NCBI GenBank assembly: GCA_963751275.1
Contig: CAVVTZ010000009.1
Span: 320,001 to 384,000, forward strand
Reading direction: 5' to 3'
Origin: an uncultured Gemmatimonadaceae bacterium
GTDB lineage: Bacteria > Gemmatimonadota > Gemmatimonadetes > Gemmatimonadales > Gemmatimonadaceae
Length of the DNA stretch: 64,000 nucleotides
In this document: in pieces, positions 61,723 to 64,000 of the stretch
Numbering within the stretch: the stretch's first letter is position 1
Layout of the letters: each line of letters opens with the position of its first letter
Translations under genes and position numbers: made by a program
Notes under the pieces: generated by a model
The model's input: only the letters and a program-made list of their open reading frames with translations
What the model was told of the DNA's origin: nothing
Databases searched by the model: none

Positions 61723-62487
61723 CTACGGGACGATCACATGCGCGAGCGCGCTCCCTCCCGGCGCCGCGCTCCCCTCCTCGCGCACGAGCGCGCGGGACTC
61801 CGCCTCCAGCAGATGGAACGCGCGCAGCACGAGCGCCTCCAACTCGTTCACGGTGGCAATGGTCTGATACCCCATGCGTTCGCCGCCGGGGATGGCGTTC
61901 GTGAACGGCGCGGCGCCCTCCCGCCACGGATGCGCCGCGCGCTCGGCGAGCCCCGCGTCATCGATCGTGGCGTGATGCATGATGAGCGAGACACCGGGCC
62001 GTTCGGCGCGGAGGCCGAGCACGGCGAGGATGCGGAGCTCATGCGCGCCGTTCGGGAGATCGCGGGCGCAGACGAAGCATCCGTCCACGGGCTCGTACGC
62101 GGCGCCGGCGGCGACGCGCGCCCAGAGGCGCTGGTGCGGGAATTGGAGGTACGCCGCGGCGGGCGCGGCGAAGCGCCACCGTGCGGTGGAGTATTCCGGC
62201 GCGGTGAGGCGAGCCGTGGCGGCATCCGACAGCACGTACATGCGCAGGCCCGTGTCCCAGAGTCGCCAACTCTGCCAGAGCAGCTCGGCGGCCTGGTCGA
62301 GCGCCGCGGATTCCGCGTCGTCGGGCAGCATCTGCTTGAGCGCCGCGCCCGCGTGCGCGAGCAGCAGGAACGTATCGCGGTCGGCGCCGTCGCCGTGGCG
62401 CTGGGCGGTCTCGTCGCGCAGCGCGGGAAAGAAGTGGCCGGCGAGCGGCTCCATGAGCAGCTCGTACGGGGTGACGCGCGCGGTCAG
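61723..62487 (-). CDS. Hypothetical protein (probable CTG start at 62487; first ATG at 62454)
   Basis: Open frame in operon; GGAGGA 9 nt before a CTG that overlaps the upstream TGA. Confidence 0.7.
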   Translation of the reverse strand: MTARVTPYELLMEPLAGHFFPALRDETAQRHGDGADRDTFLLLAHAGAALKQMLPDDAESAALDQAAELLWQSWRLWDTGLRMYVLSDAATARLTAPEYSTARWRFAAPAAAYLQFPHQRLWARVAAGAAYEPVDGCFVCARDLPNGAHELRILAVLGLRAERPGVSLIMHHATIDDAGLAERAAHPWREGAAPFTNAIPGGERMGYQTIATVNELEALVLRAFHLLEAESRALVREEGSAAPGGSALAHVIVP

Positions 62488-62948
62488 GGGCGGCCGTCCT
62501 CCACGCCGGCGACCTCGCGCAGGCGGCGGATCAGCTCGTGCAGCTGGTGCTCGGTGACGTCGATCTCCTGCGCGGCGCCGTCGAGATCGATGAGCCCCGC
62601 GCGCATCGAGATCGCCACCTGGTTCAGGTAGCGCACCTTGCGCAGGAACTCATCGGTGACCGAGCGCAGCGCGAGGAAGCGCCGCTTGTTCGCGGCGGCG
62701 CGCTTGTAGCGCGCGACGAGCTCGTCGCCGGTGAGGCGGCGCGCCTGCGCCACCACTTCATCGCGGCTGCGTCCCGGCAGCACGCCGCGGTCGGGAATGC
62801 CCGCATCCTCCCAATCCTCTTCCGCGTACCAGAGGCGCCCGACGTACTCGATGCCGTCATACGAGATCAGCACCGACACGCCGAACCGCTGGCCGCCGAC
62901 GCTGATCGTCGCGATGTGAGGCTGCACCGATTCTTCCGATGGTCGCAT
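62484..62948 (-). CDS. Hypothetical protein
   Basis: 154-aa ORF in operon context; YDGIEYVGRLW region and helical C-terminus. Confidence 0.75.
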   Translation of the reverse strand: MRPSEESVQPHIATISVGGQRFGVSVLISYDGIEYVGRLWYAEEDWEDAGIPDRGVLPGRSRDEVVAQARRLTGDELVARYKRAAANKRRFLALRSVTDEFLRKVRYLNQVAISMRAGLIDLDGAAQEIDVTEHQLHELIRRLREVAGVEDGRP

Positions 62949-62951
62949 GCG

Positions 62952-63869
62952 CTAGGAACCTATGGTCGCCGGGTCGGTCTGCGTGAGGAAGCGGCGGAGC
63001 GCCGCGAACAGCGCATCCGCGGCTTCAACGTAAGGCACATGGCCGCTCCCGTCGAGAACCTCGAGACGGGCGTGCGGCATGATCGACGCCGCGAGGCGGC
63101 TGGATTCGAGCGGGATCGGGTCCTCGCGGCCGTGCACGATGAGCACGGGGCAGCGGACGAGCTTGAGCGCGTCGCGAATGTCGTAGTCATCGAGACTGTC
63201 CCACACCGACTTCTGCACGCGGCCCGTCACGCGGAACGGGGTCAGCTCGCGCGCGCGCGCCGGATCGGCGAAGTAGCCGGCGACACTGATCTCGAACAGC
63301 CGCTGGCGGTACGACGCGGGGTCGCGGTCGCGGAGCCCGGTTGCGACCACCTGTGCGCGCAGCTGCTCCACTGCGCCGCCGGCCTGCCGCTCGGCGAGCT
63401 CGACTTCGAAATCCTCACGGAATTCCCGCGTGATCGGCGCGGGCGACATGAGTACCATGCGGCGAGGCGCGAGCGATGCGGCGGGGAGCGGCGGATCGCC
63501 GCCGCCGTTCGAGGCGATCGCGTAGAGCATCGCGAGCAGCCCGCCCCAGGAATAACCGATGATCGACGGCGCGCCCGCGATGAGCTCGTGCGCGACGAGC
63601 GCGAGGTCCAGCACCTGCGTGCGCCAGGTGACCGCTCCGGGGCCATCGTACTTGGACCGTCCGCCGCCGCGCTGGTCGTAGAAGACGAGCTCGTAGTCAT
63701 GCGCGAGCTCGAGCATCTGCGGCAGCATGTAGTCGTGATGCGCGCCGGGTCCGCCGTGGAGCAGGAGGAGCTGCGGCGCGCCGGGCGGGCCGTACTTCGC
63801 CCAATACAGCGGGAGCGACGTGGACTTCGTGAAGCCGGACTCGCGCGGTGGCGGGATCTCGTTGGGCAC
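62952..63869 (-). CDS. Alpha/beta hydrolase (proline iminopeptidase-like)
   Basis: LHGGPG, YDQRGGG.S, GYSWGG, GRED, SGH. Confidence 0.92.
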   Translation of the reverse strand: MPNEIPPPRESGFTKSTSLPLYWAKYGPPGAPQLLLLHGGPGAHHDYMLPQMLELAHDYELVFYDQRGGGRSKYDGPGAVTWRTQVLDLALVAHELIAGAPSIIGYSWGGLLAMLYAIASNGGGDPPLPAASLAPRRMVLMSPAPITREFREDFEVELAERQAGGAVEQLRAQVVATGLRDRDPASYRQRLFEISVAGYFADPARARELTPFRVTGRVQKSVWDSLDDYDIRDALKLVRCPVLIVHGREDPIPLESSRLAASIMPHARLEVLDGSGHVPYVEAADALFAALRRFLTQTDPATIGS

Positions 63870-63930
63870 GCGGAACAATCGGGCCGCAGCGCGAGGGGGT
63901 CAAGTACGAAATACCGTTGACGGCAGACGT

Positions 63931-64000
63931 CGACTGGCGAATGGCGACTGACGCCCGCTACTGCAACGCGACCGCAACGGCGACGGTGTTGCGGTGGATC
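63931..64000. repeat. Heptamer run plus small hairpin, probably a repeat element cut by the window edge
   Basis: CGACTGG CGAATGG CGACTGA; hairpin ACCGCAAC / GTTGCGGT at 63971-63995. Confidence 0.45.

Overview
GC-rich bacterial chromosomal segment, probably Gemmatimonadota (inferred from gene repertoire, not verified). About 50 mostly housekeeping or envelope genes: gyrA, leuS, a caa3-type cytochrome c oxidase operon, NAD salvage, dacB, Kup, an HcrCAB-like Mo enzyme, two tripartite efflux systems, an ECF sigma module and polX-nth-EVE. Many genes, including essential gyrA and leuS, are broken by clustered 1-nt indels that look like long-read assembly errors, not pseudogenes. I found no rRNA, tRNA, CRISPR array, transposase or prophage. 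The main unexplained signal is non-coding. Most non-operonic gaps hold an 84-270 bp inverted-repeat element: 14 clear elements in 8 sequence families plus 3 partial ones. Most families are built from short tandem units (7, 8-9, 13, 14 or 21 nt) mirrored on the two arms. Perfect stems reach 61 bp, copies show compensatory changes, several carry a third partial arm, and most sit just after stop codons. No mobilising enzyme is encoded in the window. Other notable points: an Hcr-like Mo enzyme with Gln at the usual catalytic Glu, a thumb-shortened PolX coupled to Nth and an EVE protein, a chemoreceptor with a tandem TxEM tail, candidate ECF promoters and a probable CTG start codon.
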